The notes under the pieces are model-generated. The model was not told the DNA's origin. It was given only the letters and a program-made list of their open reading frames with translations, and did not search any database. The position numbers and the translations under genes are program-made. Shown piece by piece: positions 9,655-17,318 of a DNA stretch of 64,000 nucleotides (positions are counted from its first letter, which is position 1; every line of letters begins with the position of its first letter). The DNA is from Candidatus Moraniibacteriota bacterium (lineage in GTDB: Bacteria; Patescibacteriota; Minisyncoccia; Moranbacterales; UBA1568), in the NCBI GenBank assembly GCA_052035095.1, contig JBPOHW010000008.1, positions 3,060-67,059 on the forward strand, given 5' to 3'.

Positions 9655-9765
9655 CCATCCGCTCACAAATTACCTCCAGCCCATTGCCACATTCGAGCCA
9701 TTTTGAGAGAATACGGGGGCAGAAATTGTTCCCATGTGTACCCCATCGTCCCAGCAAAATAAATT
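9655..9765 (+). repeat. about 95 bp intergenic repeat, copy 2 of 3
   Basis: Same core as copy 1. Its 3' end abuts the ATG of the next gene. Confidence 0.8.
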
Positions 9766-9767
9766 GT

Positions 9768-10178
9768 ATGCTTTACAAAGTTATTCTTGTTTCTCTTCTT
9801 CATAGAAGAAACAAAAGTGAGATATTGCTCATTAAAAGAAACCGTGAACCAGAATATGGTAAATGGTCGCTTTCTGGTGGCACAGGTGCATTAGAAAAAG
9901 AGGCAGATCCCAAAAAAGCAATTTTCATGGAAGTACTCGGGGATTTCTCGACAAACATCCTTGATCCAAAGCTTTTTTCCATAAAGTATGCCAATTTTTC
10001 AGAGCCGACCCTCCATTTTTATTTTGAAGGCGAATTAGAAAGTGAACCAAAAATTCAAGATATGAAAACAGTGAAAGAACTTGGATGGTTTGTGCCAAGA
10101 GAAATTTTGAAAATGGACATCGCCTTTCAAGATATTGATAAAGAAGCCGTTAAACAATTTATGAAGAATTCAAAATAG
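9768..10178 (+). CDS. Nudix-fold protein with degenerate Nudix box
   Basis: ILLIKRNREPEYGKWSLSGG...GALEKE has the GX5E part of the box but the REx2EE part is degenerate. Start moved to ATG 9768 because upstream codons lie inside the repeat. Confidence 0.5.
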   Translation: MLYKVILVSLLHRRNKSEILLIKRNREPEYGKWSLSGGTGALEKEADPKKAIFMEVLGDFSTNILDPKLFSIKYANFSEPTLHFYFEGELESEPKIQDMKTVKELGWFVPREILKMDIAFQDIDKEAVKQFMKNSK

Positions 10179-10180
10179 TT

Positions 10181-10207
10181 CCAACTTCGTCCCACAGTCC
10201 CAGCTGA
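10181..10207 (+). promoter_or_regulatory. short conserved leader motif TTCYAACTTCGTCCCACAGYCCCAGC, copy 1
   Basis: Also present at 10713-10740 and, reverse-complemented, at 16651-16674. Each copy is 8-15 nt upstream of an ATG. Confidence 0.5.
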
Positions 10208-10215
10208 CAAACTCT

Positions 10216-10713
10216 ATGAGCGATAAAATAGAACTTGTTGATTACAAAGGGAATCCTACGCAGGTTTCTTGCTTGGGTTGCGCCCGAGAAAACGGCGAAA
10301 TGGAAAGAGTAGGCACCATACTCACCACTAAACATTTCGACGCTCACCAGGACTTTGAAATTCCTATCCCTGGCTTTATCATTATTTCTTCGAGGCGACA
10401 TTTGCAAAGCATCGATGAGTTTACTGATGAAGAAAAGCTAGATTTTATCGATACTCTTATTGCGGTGAGGACTGGGATGAGAAAGACTCTTGATATTGAT
10501 GTTGTCTATCTCATTCAAGAAGAAGATACTTCGCATCATTTCCACATTTGGGTATTCCCTCGTTATGATTGGATGGCAGAGAAATTTGGCAAGAAAACAC
10601 CTTCACTCCAACCGATTATGGAATATGCTCGTGAAAATCTAAAGACTATAGAAAATCTTAAGAAAGTTGAAGAAGCAGTCAATAAACTGAAGACTCATTT
10701 TGAAGTAAATTAG
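10216..10713 (+). CDS. HIT-family hydrolase
   Basis: Histidine triad HFHIWVFPR (HxHxHxx); 165 aa. Confidence 0.8.
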   Translation: MSDKIELVDYKGNPTQVSCLGCARENGEMERVGTILTTKHFDAHQDFEIPIPGFIIISSRRHLQSIDEFTDEEKLDFIDTLIAVRTGMRKTLDIDVVYLIQEEDTSHHFHIWVFPRYDWMAEKFGKKTPSLQPIMEYARENLKTIENLKKVEEAVNKLKTHFEVN

Positions 10714-10748
10714 TTCTAACTTCGTCCCACAGCCCCAGCACATATTCT

Positions 10749-11306
10749 ATGGTTACTATCCCTGAACAATACGCTTCTCTTATCCACATCAAATCACTTT
10801 CGTGGAAAGAAGTGTTTGACACATGGCGAAATCTGGAAGCATGGCAAGAGTCTTGGAAAGAGCATTGGACTGAACGAGGATTCAACTCATGGGATGAATG
10901 GCGCGAAGCATATGCGGCCCCACTTCATCCGGAAACACTTTCCTGGGAAATGTATCATATTACTGATCCCATTAAAGACCTCCCCCTTTTTTATGGCACC
11001 CCCACAAAAGGATGGATTGATAAAGCCTACGAGGGAGAAATAACAAAACAACTGAAAGACATTTCCAATTTACCTATTATCACTGAGAACCAGAAGGTTC
11101 TCACTATCAAACAAGCGTTTCCGAAAGAAACGATGCTTACAGGCATCGTTCATGAGGGAAAAATCGTTCTCATTGAGGGAATGCACCGTGCTAACGCACT
11201 CGCCACATGGAATCCTAAGACCCCCTTTGTTGGAAACGTCACAATCGCTCTTGTTCAGTGGGATAGCTCGATTCCGGCTCTCGGAGGAAATTACAAGGTT
11301 AAATAA
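10749..11306 (+). CDS. hypothetical protein (Trp-rich N-terminus)
   Basis: 185 aa ORF preceded by the conserved leader motif; no recognised domain. Confidence 0.45.
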   Translation: MVTIPEQYASLIHIKSLSWKEVFDTWRNLEAWQESWKEHWTERGFNSWDEWREAYAAPLHPETLSWEMYHITDPIKDLPLFYGTPTKGWIDKAYEGEITKQLKDISNLPIITENQKVLTIKQAFPKETMLTGIVHEGKIVLIEGMHRANALATWNPKTPFVGNVTIALVQWDSSIPALGGNYKVK

Positions 11307-11460
11307 AGTAAGTTTTTCTTTCATTTCTTTCCAACCCACAGTTTCGAACACATCCAATAAGCCCAGCAAATACACTGCCTATGAAAAAGAAAAAAGGCGC
11401 TGTTTACCAGTCGCCTTTTGAATTTGAAATAGTTGTCGGGAGATTATCTTTGCTCAGAGT

Positions 11461-12027
11461 CTAACACTTACCGGGATGATTCCAATCGAAGAAAACTCTT
11501 TGCTCGCGATCCGTAACATCGCCGTCGAGTTCACCAATGTCTTCTCCCGGATACATGGAATGCACGATGACTTTTGGTTGGTCGTTCTCACACCTAAACT
11601 CCACAACAAGCGTGAGTTTCTGCGTTTGAGGAGCGAGTAGGTCAGTCCGATCGCGTTTTATACGAAGTCCGAAGCTTCTGCGATTCAAGTCAAACCGCTC
11701 CAAGACCTCCGGAGCATATATTTCGATCGGAACCGTACTTTCCCAACCGATAGACTCCTTACAAGTGATTTGGATACTCTGTGTTTCAAAGATTCCCTCA
11801 CTCCACATATCGACAATGTGCTTCGAAAGCTGTTTACGAACAGTTTTATCTTGGAAAAGATTCCTCGCCGAATTCCAGCAACTGAAATTCCCCGCAAGTG
11901 CGCGAGTAGAACCGCGAAAACAGGTTGTTCTTAACCGATCCTCGGTACGACGAGGAATAACAACGCTTGCCCAAAGACTGGGGCATACTTTTATACGAAA
12001 GAACATTTCTTCCTCTCCTGCCAGCAT
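11461..12027 (-). CDS. hypothetical protein
   Basis: 188 aa ORF with moderate GC and no motif. Start uncertain. Confidence 0.3.
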   Translation of the reverse strand: MLAGEEEMFFRIKVCPSLWASVVIPRRTEDRLRTTCFRGSTRALAGNFSCWNSARNLFQDKTVRKQLSKHIVDMWSEGIFETQSIQITCKESIGWESTVPIEIYAPEVLERFDLNRRSFGLRIKRDRTDLLAPQTQKLTLVVEFRCENDQPKVIVHSMYPGEDIGELDGDVTDREQRVFFDWNHPGKC

Positions 12028-12184
12028 GAGCCAGCCTGTAAATATACAGGGAAAATCCTACCAGCCTTTGCATTCCGGTAGAATTTTCTATTATGCGGTT
12101 GACAGTGGCTTTTGTCAAACACTATTCACCGTCCGCCTTCTAAAATATCCGAATCCAAACATTAAAGCGCCAAAGTTTTTTCAT

Positions 12185-12290
12185 CCGTTCCCGAAAAACC
12201 TCCAGCCCATTGCCACATTCGAGCCAGTTTGAGAGAATACGGGGGAAGAAATCGTCCCCATGCGTACCCCACAAGTCCCAGCCAATATAT
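12185..12290 (+). repeat. about 95 bp intergenic repeat, copy 3 of 3
   Basis: Same core as the other copies. It ends at the ATG at 12291. Confidence 0.8.
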
Positions 12291-12467
12291 ATGAAGACTC
12301 CGCATACTTCGACGTATAAGGGGAAGCGTGTGTATATTCGCCTCAAAAGCGGCGAACGGATCGTGGGAAAATTCGAAGGGAAAGATACGCATTTTATGCA
12401 TATCGAAAAACGAAAAATACGAATTGCGGAAGTAAAAGCATTCGCCATCTATCGAGGAAAAACATAA
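12291..12467 (+). CDS. small Sm/Hfq-like protein (58 aa)
   Basis: VYIRLKSGERIVGKFEGKDTHFMHIE...VKAFAI resembles the Hfq Sm1/Sm2 pattern (V.I.L.NG...G.I...D.F...L......YKHAI). Start placed after the repeat. Confidence 0.35.
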   Translation: MKTPHTSTYKGKRVYIRLKSGERIVGKFEGKDTHFMHIEKRKIRIAEVKAFAIYRGKT

Positions 12468-12641
12468 AAAACTCCCATCACAAAAAATCTCTCCACCCAT
12501 ACTATGAAAGAGGAGCGGAGAGGTTGACAGTAAGCAACGATATCCCTACACTGCGAGTGATCGTAAAGAGAGGTCGCAACGCAAGCCTCTTCTTGCGAGA
12601 GTTCCAGAAATCCCAGCACCATCAGTCGGGGGAAGTAAAAA

Positions 12642-12911
12642 ATGACTCGTCAGGAAATCCAAGAAAGAGTTATGAAGGTGGCAACAGAGGTTTTTAACCT
12701 CAAGCCGGAGGAGATTTCGCTCACCGATCACTTTGTACACAATTTAGGAGCTGATTGGTCCAAAGTCGAAGAATTCGTACTGAAACTGGAAATTGCGTTC
12801 GATGTATATCTTATGTACGAGGACACCGGAGACATCATCTCCGTTCAGACGGCGGTCAAACACCTCCTCGGAGCTTTCGATACCACTGGAGATTTTGACA
12901 CCTCCGAATAG
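12642..12911 (+). CDS. acyl-carrier-protein-like four-helix protein
   Basis: 89 aa with a LGADWSKVEEFVLKLEIAF region resembling the ACP DSLD helix, though the Ser position is shifted. RBS GGGGGAAG upstream. Confidence 0.45.
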   Translation: MTRQEIQERVMKVATEVFNLKPEEISLTDHFVHNLGADWSKVEEFVLKLEIAFDVYLMYEDTGDIISVQTAVKHLLGAFDTTGDFDTSE

Positions 12912-12953
12912 CCACAAAGCGAAGAGCGCCGGAACTCGTACCGGACGCTCTTT

Positions 12954-14198
12954 TCATTTCTCTGCCACGGCATTTCCGGCAACCCAGCCCGTACTCCAGC
13001 AAAGTTGGAGGCTATAGCCGCCGGAAGGGCGATCGATATCGAGAACATCTCCCGCAAGATACAGATTCGGGAACAGTCTCGAACGCATTGTTTTGAAATC
13101 CACCTCTTCCGGTATAACGCCGCCACTGGTCGCAATCGCCTTGTCCTTACCAAGAAGACCGATTGCAGTCAGATGGAGATCTTTTACTGTGCGAGCCAAC
13201 ACAAGACGCGATGTTCGACTCACATTGCGTACCGGCATCTCGAAAGGAATGTTTGCAAGCGACAAAACTACGGGGATGAGAAGTGGCGGCAGGAATCCAT
13301 CCAAACTGTTTTTCACCTGCTTATTTTTTTGGCGTTCAAAAAGCTCTCGGATACGCGTATCGATTTCATCGAAAGTACTGCGCGGAAAAAGATCAAGCGA
13401 GAGCGTCACCTTGCCACGACGCAAACATTCGCCGACACATCGACTCATATTGAGCGCCAGAGGACCGCTTAATCCGAAGTGTGTAAAGAGAAGCGCTCCT
13501 TCCCGAGATTCCTTTTTCTCTCCGCTTAAAAAAACGGTCATCCTCACCTCTTCGAGACTCGCTCCCGAAATCGAGCGGATCCACGATTCGCCGACGCGTA
13601 TCGGAACCAACGCGACGCGAGATTCGGCAACCGTATGACCGATTGCCTTGAGGAAGCGAAACCCATCACCCGTTGATCCGGTTTCCGGACGTGACATCCC
13701 TCCAGTCGCGAGAACATAGGTCTGCGCCCGAAGCACCTCCTCACCCCCAAGCCGAACACCGGCAATCATCCCCTCCGCCATTTCAAATCCAGCCACCTCC
13801 GCGCCAAGCATCACGTGAACGTTTCCCACCCGCATATATTCAACCAGTACATCAAGGACGGACTGCGCTTGATCGCTTACGGGAAATACCCGTTTCTCCG
13901 CTTCAACCTTGGTCGGCATTCCACGAGTATGGAAAAACGCCAGTGTCTCCTCCACGCCAAATCGCGAAAACAGAGAAAAGAGAAACTTTGCCGCGCCTTT
14001 GAACTTCGCTGCAAAAATATTCCGATCAAATTCGGCATTCGTCACGTTACAGCGACCGCCACCCGTCAAAAGCAGCTTCGTCCCGAGAGACGCGTTTTTC
14101 TCAAGCAACACCACGCGCGCGCCACGCTCTGCCGCGCGCCCCGCCGCCATCATTCCCGCCGGTCCCCCGCCGATAATCACCACATCATATTCTTTCTC
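12954..14198 (-). CDS. NAD(P)/FAD-dependent oxidoreductase, HI0933/BaiN family
   Basis: DVVIIGGGPAGMMAA dinucleotide fold and the TGGGRCNVTN signature. Start trimmed to the MREKEYDVVIIGGG Met. Confidence 0.85.
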   Translation of the reverse strand, partial: EKEYDVVIIGGGPAGMMAAGRAAERGARVVLLEKNASLGTKLLLTGGGRCNVTNAEFDRNIFAAKFKGAAKFLFSLFSRFGVEETLAFFHTRGMPTKVEAEKRVFPVSDQAQSVLDVLVEYMRVGNVHVMLGAEVAGFEMAEGMIAGVRLGGEEVLRAQTYVLATGGMSRPETGSTGDGFRFLKAIGHTVAESRVALVPIRVGESWIRSISGASLEEVRMTVFLSGEKKESREGALLFTHFGLSGPLALNMSRCVGECLRRGKVTLSLDLFPRSTFDEIDTRIRELFERQKNKQVKNSLDGFLPPLLIPVVLSLANIPFEMPVRNVSRTSRLVLARTVKDLHLTAIGLLGKDKAIATSGGVIPEEVDFKTMRSRLFPNLYLAGDVLDIDRPSGGYSLQLCWSTGWVAGNAVAEK

Positions 14199-14275
14199 GC
14201 GCATAGAATACCGGCTACTCGCATCCGATCGTCTTCTGACTGACCACCGCTTGATCGATCGCTTGTTCGCAAAAA

Positions 14276-14349
14276 AAATTATACACCACGGTTCAGTATA
14301 CGCTATTTCCTTGTCAAACCGGTGTAAACTCACAAAAAAAATGAGGGGG
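14276..14349 (-). promoter_or_regulatory. conserved upstream block: CGGTTTGACA, 11 nt spacer, GTATACTGAACCGT, then GGTGTATAAT
   Basis: About 70 bp related to 16541-16640. Contains TATAAT/TATACT boxes roughly 70-100 bp upstream of the flavoprotein start. Confidence 0.45.
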
Positions 14350-14369
14350 GTTCCCTATCGCGGAATCTT

Positions 14370-14774
14370 TCAAATATTGAGATACGTTATGGTAAACTGA
14401 AGCGCCGTCGCAAATGATACCCAGAGAAGATACGGGATATTGGCATAGACAACCCAACGCAAATCGGGAGATGAATTCCACAGGGCGATAAACGCCCAAA
14501 GAAGCGTCCCGAAAACAAGAAGAATATCAAGAGCGGCGAGAACATTATTTTTGAGCCCGAATTGAATCGGCGAGAACGCAAAATTAAAAACGAGGTTGAG
14601 CGCAAACGGCAACGCGACCGCCCACGCGAGCCTGCCCATCAATGCCCGATACAACACCACACCGAAAGAAACCGCGATAATCGCGTAGAGCACCGTCCAT
14701 ACCGGACCGAAAATCCACGAAGGTGGCGCCCACACAGGCTTCACCAATTGCGAGTACCAGGTGTACGTGTTCAT
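14370..14774 (-). CDS. tspO: TspO/MBR tryptophan-rich sensory protein
   Basis: 134 aa, five TM helices; conserved WYxxLxKPxWxPP and Trp-rich pattern. Confidence 0.8.
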   Translation of the reverse strand: MNTYTWYSQLVKPVWAPPSWIFGPVWTVLYAIIAVSFGVVLYRALMGRLAWAVALPFALNLVFNFAFSPIQFGLKNNVLAALDILLVFGTLLWAFIALWNSSPDLRWVVYANIPYLLWVSFATALQFTITYLNI

Positions 14775-14807
14775 AGATTTTTTTCATTAAAGACTCTTTT
14801 CAGAGTA

Positions 14808-15539
14808 TCACATTCGCTTCATATGAAGAAAGTATCGACGTTTGTCCGGGGAAAACCGTTCAATCGCGTACCGGAGCATCGTACGCGGCATATACGCCGC
14901 GTGCCGATCAAGAAACAGGGTGAGCGCCGACACATCCCGCTTTCCGATTTCTCGAAGCATCCACCCGACCGCCTTATGGATGAGATCGTGCGTATCGCCG
15001 AGCAAAACCTCGGAAATCGCAAATGCATCCGAAAAATCTCCACTTCGTATCAGTCGAAACGTGCCCAGCATCGCCATCCGTCGCTCCCAGAGATTCTTCG
15101 ATCGCGCCCATTTATAGAGCATCGAGCGATCTTTTCGTCGCGAAAGAAAATCGCCGACGATATTTGGCGTCGTTACGTCTACCAAATCCCAATTGTTGAC
15201 TGCCGATCGATGCGCCACATAAAAGTCAAAGACCTTCTCCTTCACGCTATCGTCTTTGGTTGTTTCATACCGGAGAACGAGTATCAAAAGTCCAATCATC
15301 CGCTCTTCGTGCCACGGACTCTCAAGGAGTTTCTCGATATCGGAAAAATCGAGATCTCGATACATTTTGGCAAGCTTCCGTTCTTCTCCCATGGTGAGCC
15401 CTCGAAACCGATCCCCCTCGCCATACTCCCCCTTCCCGGTCTTAAAAAACCACGCATTCGATCGAGCGCGATCCTTCATCGAATACCGTTTCACATCACG
15501 CAAAAGTTCGGAATATTTCATAAGGTATTCCCGTATCAC
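14808..15539 (-). CDS. DNA alkylation repair protein (AlkD/AlkC-like HEAT-repeat glycosylase)
   Basis: 243 aa; FFKTGKGEYGEGDRFRGL, WHEERMIGLLIL and NNWDLVD match the AlkD family. Confidence 0.7.
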   Translation of the reverse strand: MIREYLMKYSELLRDVKRYSMKDRARSNAWFFKTGKGEYGEGDRFRGLTMGEERKLAKMYRDLDFSDIEKLLESPWHEERMIGLLILVLRYETTKDDSVKEKVFDFYVAHRSAVNNWDLVDVTTPNIVGDFLSRRKDRSMLYKWARSKNLWERRMAMLGTFRLIRSGDFSDAFAISEVLLGDTHDLIHKAVGWMLREIGKRDVSALTLFLDRHAAYMPRTMLRYAIERFSPDKRRYFLHMKRM

Positions 15540-15731
15540 TTACAGACAACAAGGCACGGATCGACTATCACAGAATACCTCAATTTCAAGAAAACAAAAA
15601 AAAGCAGAGACTGAAACAATACCTCAGCCTTTATTAATTCCACCACGCTACTTCTTATGTCCTCCTTTCAAGCGCGAGCAAAAACCCAAGAAGGAAAACC
15701 ATTCGCTCGCGATGCTAAATATGGAGAGAGA

Positions 15732-16520
15732 CTACTCACATCCAAGAGCCTCCTTGCAGGCCGCCTTTTGATCGCCCGCTTGCTCGCAGGCGGAGCATTG
15801 GAGAGCTTTCATATCCCCGCCGCCTGCCGGAAGCGAGCCGGCGCCCGAAGGAACCGTTCCCGGCACAGTGGTCGGCACCGGCAAAGCTTTCATCATTTCC
15901 GCCGGGTCGACAAAGGTCACATCCGACGGAACGACAAACATAGATTCATCCACCTTCCATGAATCGCAATCATACGAATACTTGTGATTGATATCTTTGG
16001 CGGGATCCTCCAAGCGAGCGGGCATTGCCTCTTCACCCGCCTCGTCGTCTTGAACCGCGGGAGATTCCGGCGCCTGATCCATCATCATCTTCATACCCCG
16101 TTTCGTCGTCTCATCCCAGACATACATCGTATTTTTCGCCGTATCAAACAGCATCTGCGATGTCATCGTCGCTCCGGCACTTCCCTCGGAAAGCATCGTA
16201 TTTGAAATCATCGCCCGTCCCCTGTTACCCGACACATAGAAGGTACCCTCCGACTTGGACACATCATTCTCATCAGAGAACACGCACTTTTGCGATTTTC
16301 CCATTCCGAGCAAATCCCGGAAAGACATCTCCGCGGCGCTCTCCGATTGTTCGTCCATTTCCTGACGAGCATCGTCCGATGTCATCCCTCGCATCTCCTC
16401 TTCCCCCGACCCGCGCATCAGAAAGATCACTCCCGCGACAACCAGCATGCCCACCGCCGCTATTGCCACGCCTATCGCCGTTTTGTTTGTCCCGGATTTG
16501 TTTTCCGGACTATTCGACAT
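15732..16520 (-). CDS. membrane-anchored secreted hypothetical protein
   Basis: N-terminal TM anchor, acidic Met-rich ectodomain, Cys-rich C-terminus. Start set to the Met with a GGAAG RBS. Confidence 0.45.
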   Translation of the reverse strand: MSNSPENKSGTNKTAIGVAIAAVGMLVVAGVIFLMRGSGEEEMRGMTSDDARQEMDEQSESAAEMSFRDLLGMGKSQKCVFSDENDVSKSEGTFYVSGNRGRAMISNTMLSEGSAGATMTSQMLFDTAKNTMYVWDETTKRGMKMMMDQAPESPAVQDDEAGEEAMPARLEDPAKDINHKYSYDCDSWKVDESMFVVPSDVTFVDPAEMMKALPVPTTVPGTVPSGAGSLPAGGGDMKALQCSACEQAGDQKAACKEALGCE

Positions 16521-16605
16521 TGTTTCTTCCATACCAAAAATAGAAAGATTACGCACTACGGTTCAGTATACACCATCCCCCTGCCAAACCGCCACAACCC
16601 CCCAC

Positions 16606-16629
16606 AAAAAAACCACCCTCTCTTGAGGG
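16606..16629 (-). terminator. rho-independent terminator (CCCTC-TCTT-GAGGG plus T7 on minus strand)
   Basis: Hairpin followed by seven T on the transcribed (minus) strand, downstream of the 16698-17309 gene. Confidence 0.55.
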
Positions 16630-16697
16630 CGGCTCATTCTGTATGGCGGGGATGCTGGGACGAAGTTAGAACGTATCTTCTTTGGACATCAGGCTAG

Positions 16698-17309
16698 CTA
16701 TTTAATCTTTGCCAATGTCTCTAAAACGCTTTTAATCTGCTGATCACTGACTTTTGCATCTTCCATAGCACTCAAGAGGCTACCGAGCTGTTGTTCATTA
16801 ATTTTGACGTTGTTCGAGGTATTTAGAATCTGCTCTAGTTGATTGTTATCAATCTTTACGTCGTTTCGAACTTCTATGTCCTGTGTAGTTAATACAGGAA
16901 TCAAAATAGCAAGAACCGAAATTGCTATTGCTATAAACGCTGAAATTTTTGCATCCTTAGCATTTTTCCGTGCAAGTCTCAGTTCCTGATAGTCAATAAA
17001 ATTAAAATGGGACTCCAGACTTATGACATATTTATTTCTCCCGTCGGCGTAGTTGTTGTAGTCGAGGATATAAAGAGCCAAAAAGAGTGTGTCTGGATTT
17101 ACTGGCCCAGCACCAGTAACACCGATGCTGTAATGGTTCTTATGAGCGATCTGTAAGTAGGTTTTAAGAACGTCTTTTTCTCTATCGCTCAAGGACAGTT
17201 CTGTGGCTTCTGTAACCTCTGAAACACTAAACCCTTGAGGATGATTTAGTCCCCATTTAATAGCTCTGATAAGAAAGCTTTCACCAATATTTTCTTCACT
17301 AGATGGCAT
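16698..17309 (-). CDS. hypothetical protein with C-terminal TM helix and coiled-coil tail
   Basis: 203 aa, AT-rich. Sits 9 bp downstream of the OLD-family nuclease gene, probably co-transcribed. Confidence 0.5.
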   Translation of the reverse strand: MPSSEENIGESFLIRAIKWGLNHPQGFSVSEVTEATELSLSDREKDVLKTYLQIAHKNHYSIGVTGAGPVNPDTLFLALYILDYNNYADGRNKYVISLESHFNFIDYQELRLARKNAKDAKISAFIAIAISVLAILIPVLTTQDIEVRNDVKIDNNQLEQILNTSNNVKINEQQLGSLLSAMEDAKVSDQQIKSVLETLAKIK

Positions 17310-17318
17310 AGTAGCAAC

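Noticed and set aside
9684-9767. N-terminal extensions MPHSS(H/Q)FERIRG... of two ORFs (also 12210-12290)
   Set aside because: These codons are the translation of the roughly 95-bp intergenic repeat; real starts placed at the first ATG after the repeat.
12162-12500. Conserved short peptide MGTIS.PVFSQ.GSNVAMG on the minus strand of each 95-bp repeat copy
   Set aside because: Differences among copies are mostly nonsynonymous (4 of 6) and there is no RBS; conservation is explained by nucleotide-level repeat identity.
14276-14320. Reading TTGACA...TATACT as a standard sigma70 -35/-10 pair
   Set aside because: Spacer is 11 nt, not 16-18, in all copies; kept only as a conserved box of unknown mechanism.
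14562-15614. 350-aa + strand ORF (Arg/His-rich) antisense to tspO and the AlkD-like gene
   Set aside because: Low-complexity basic composition typical of antisense frames in GC-rich coding DNA; both opposite-strand genes have clear family motifs.
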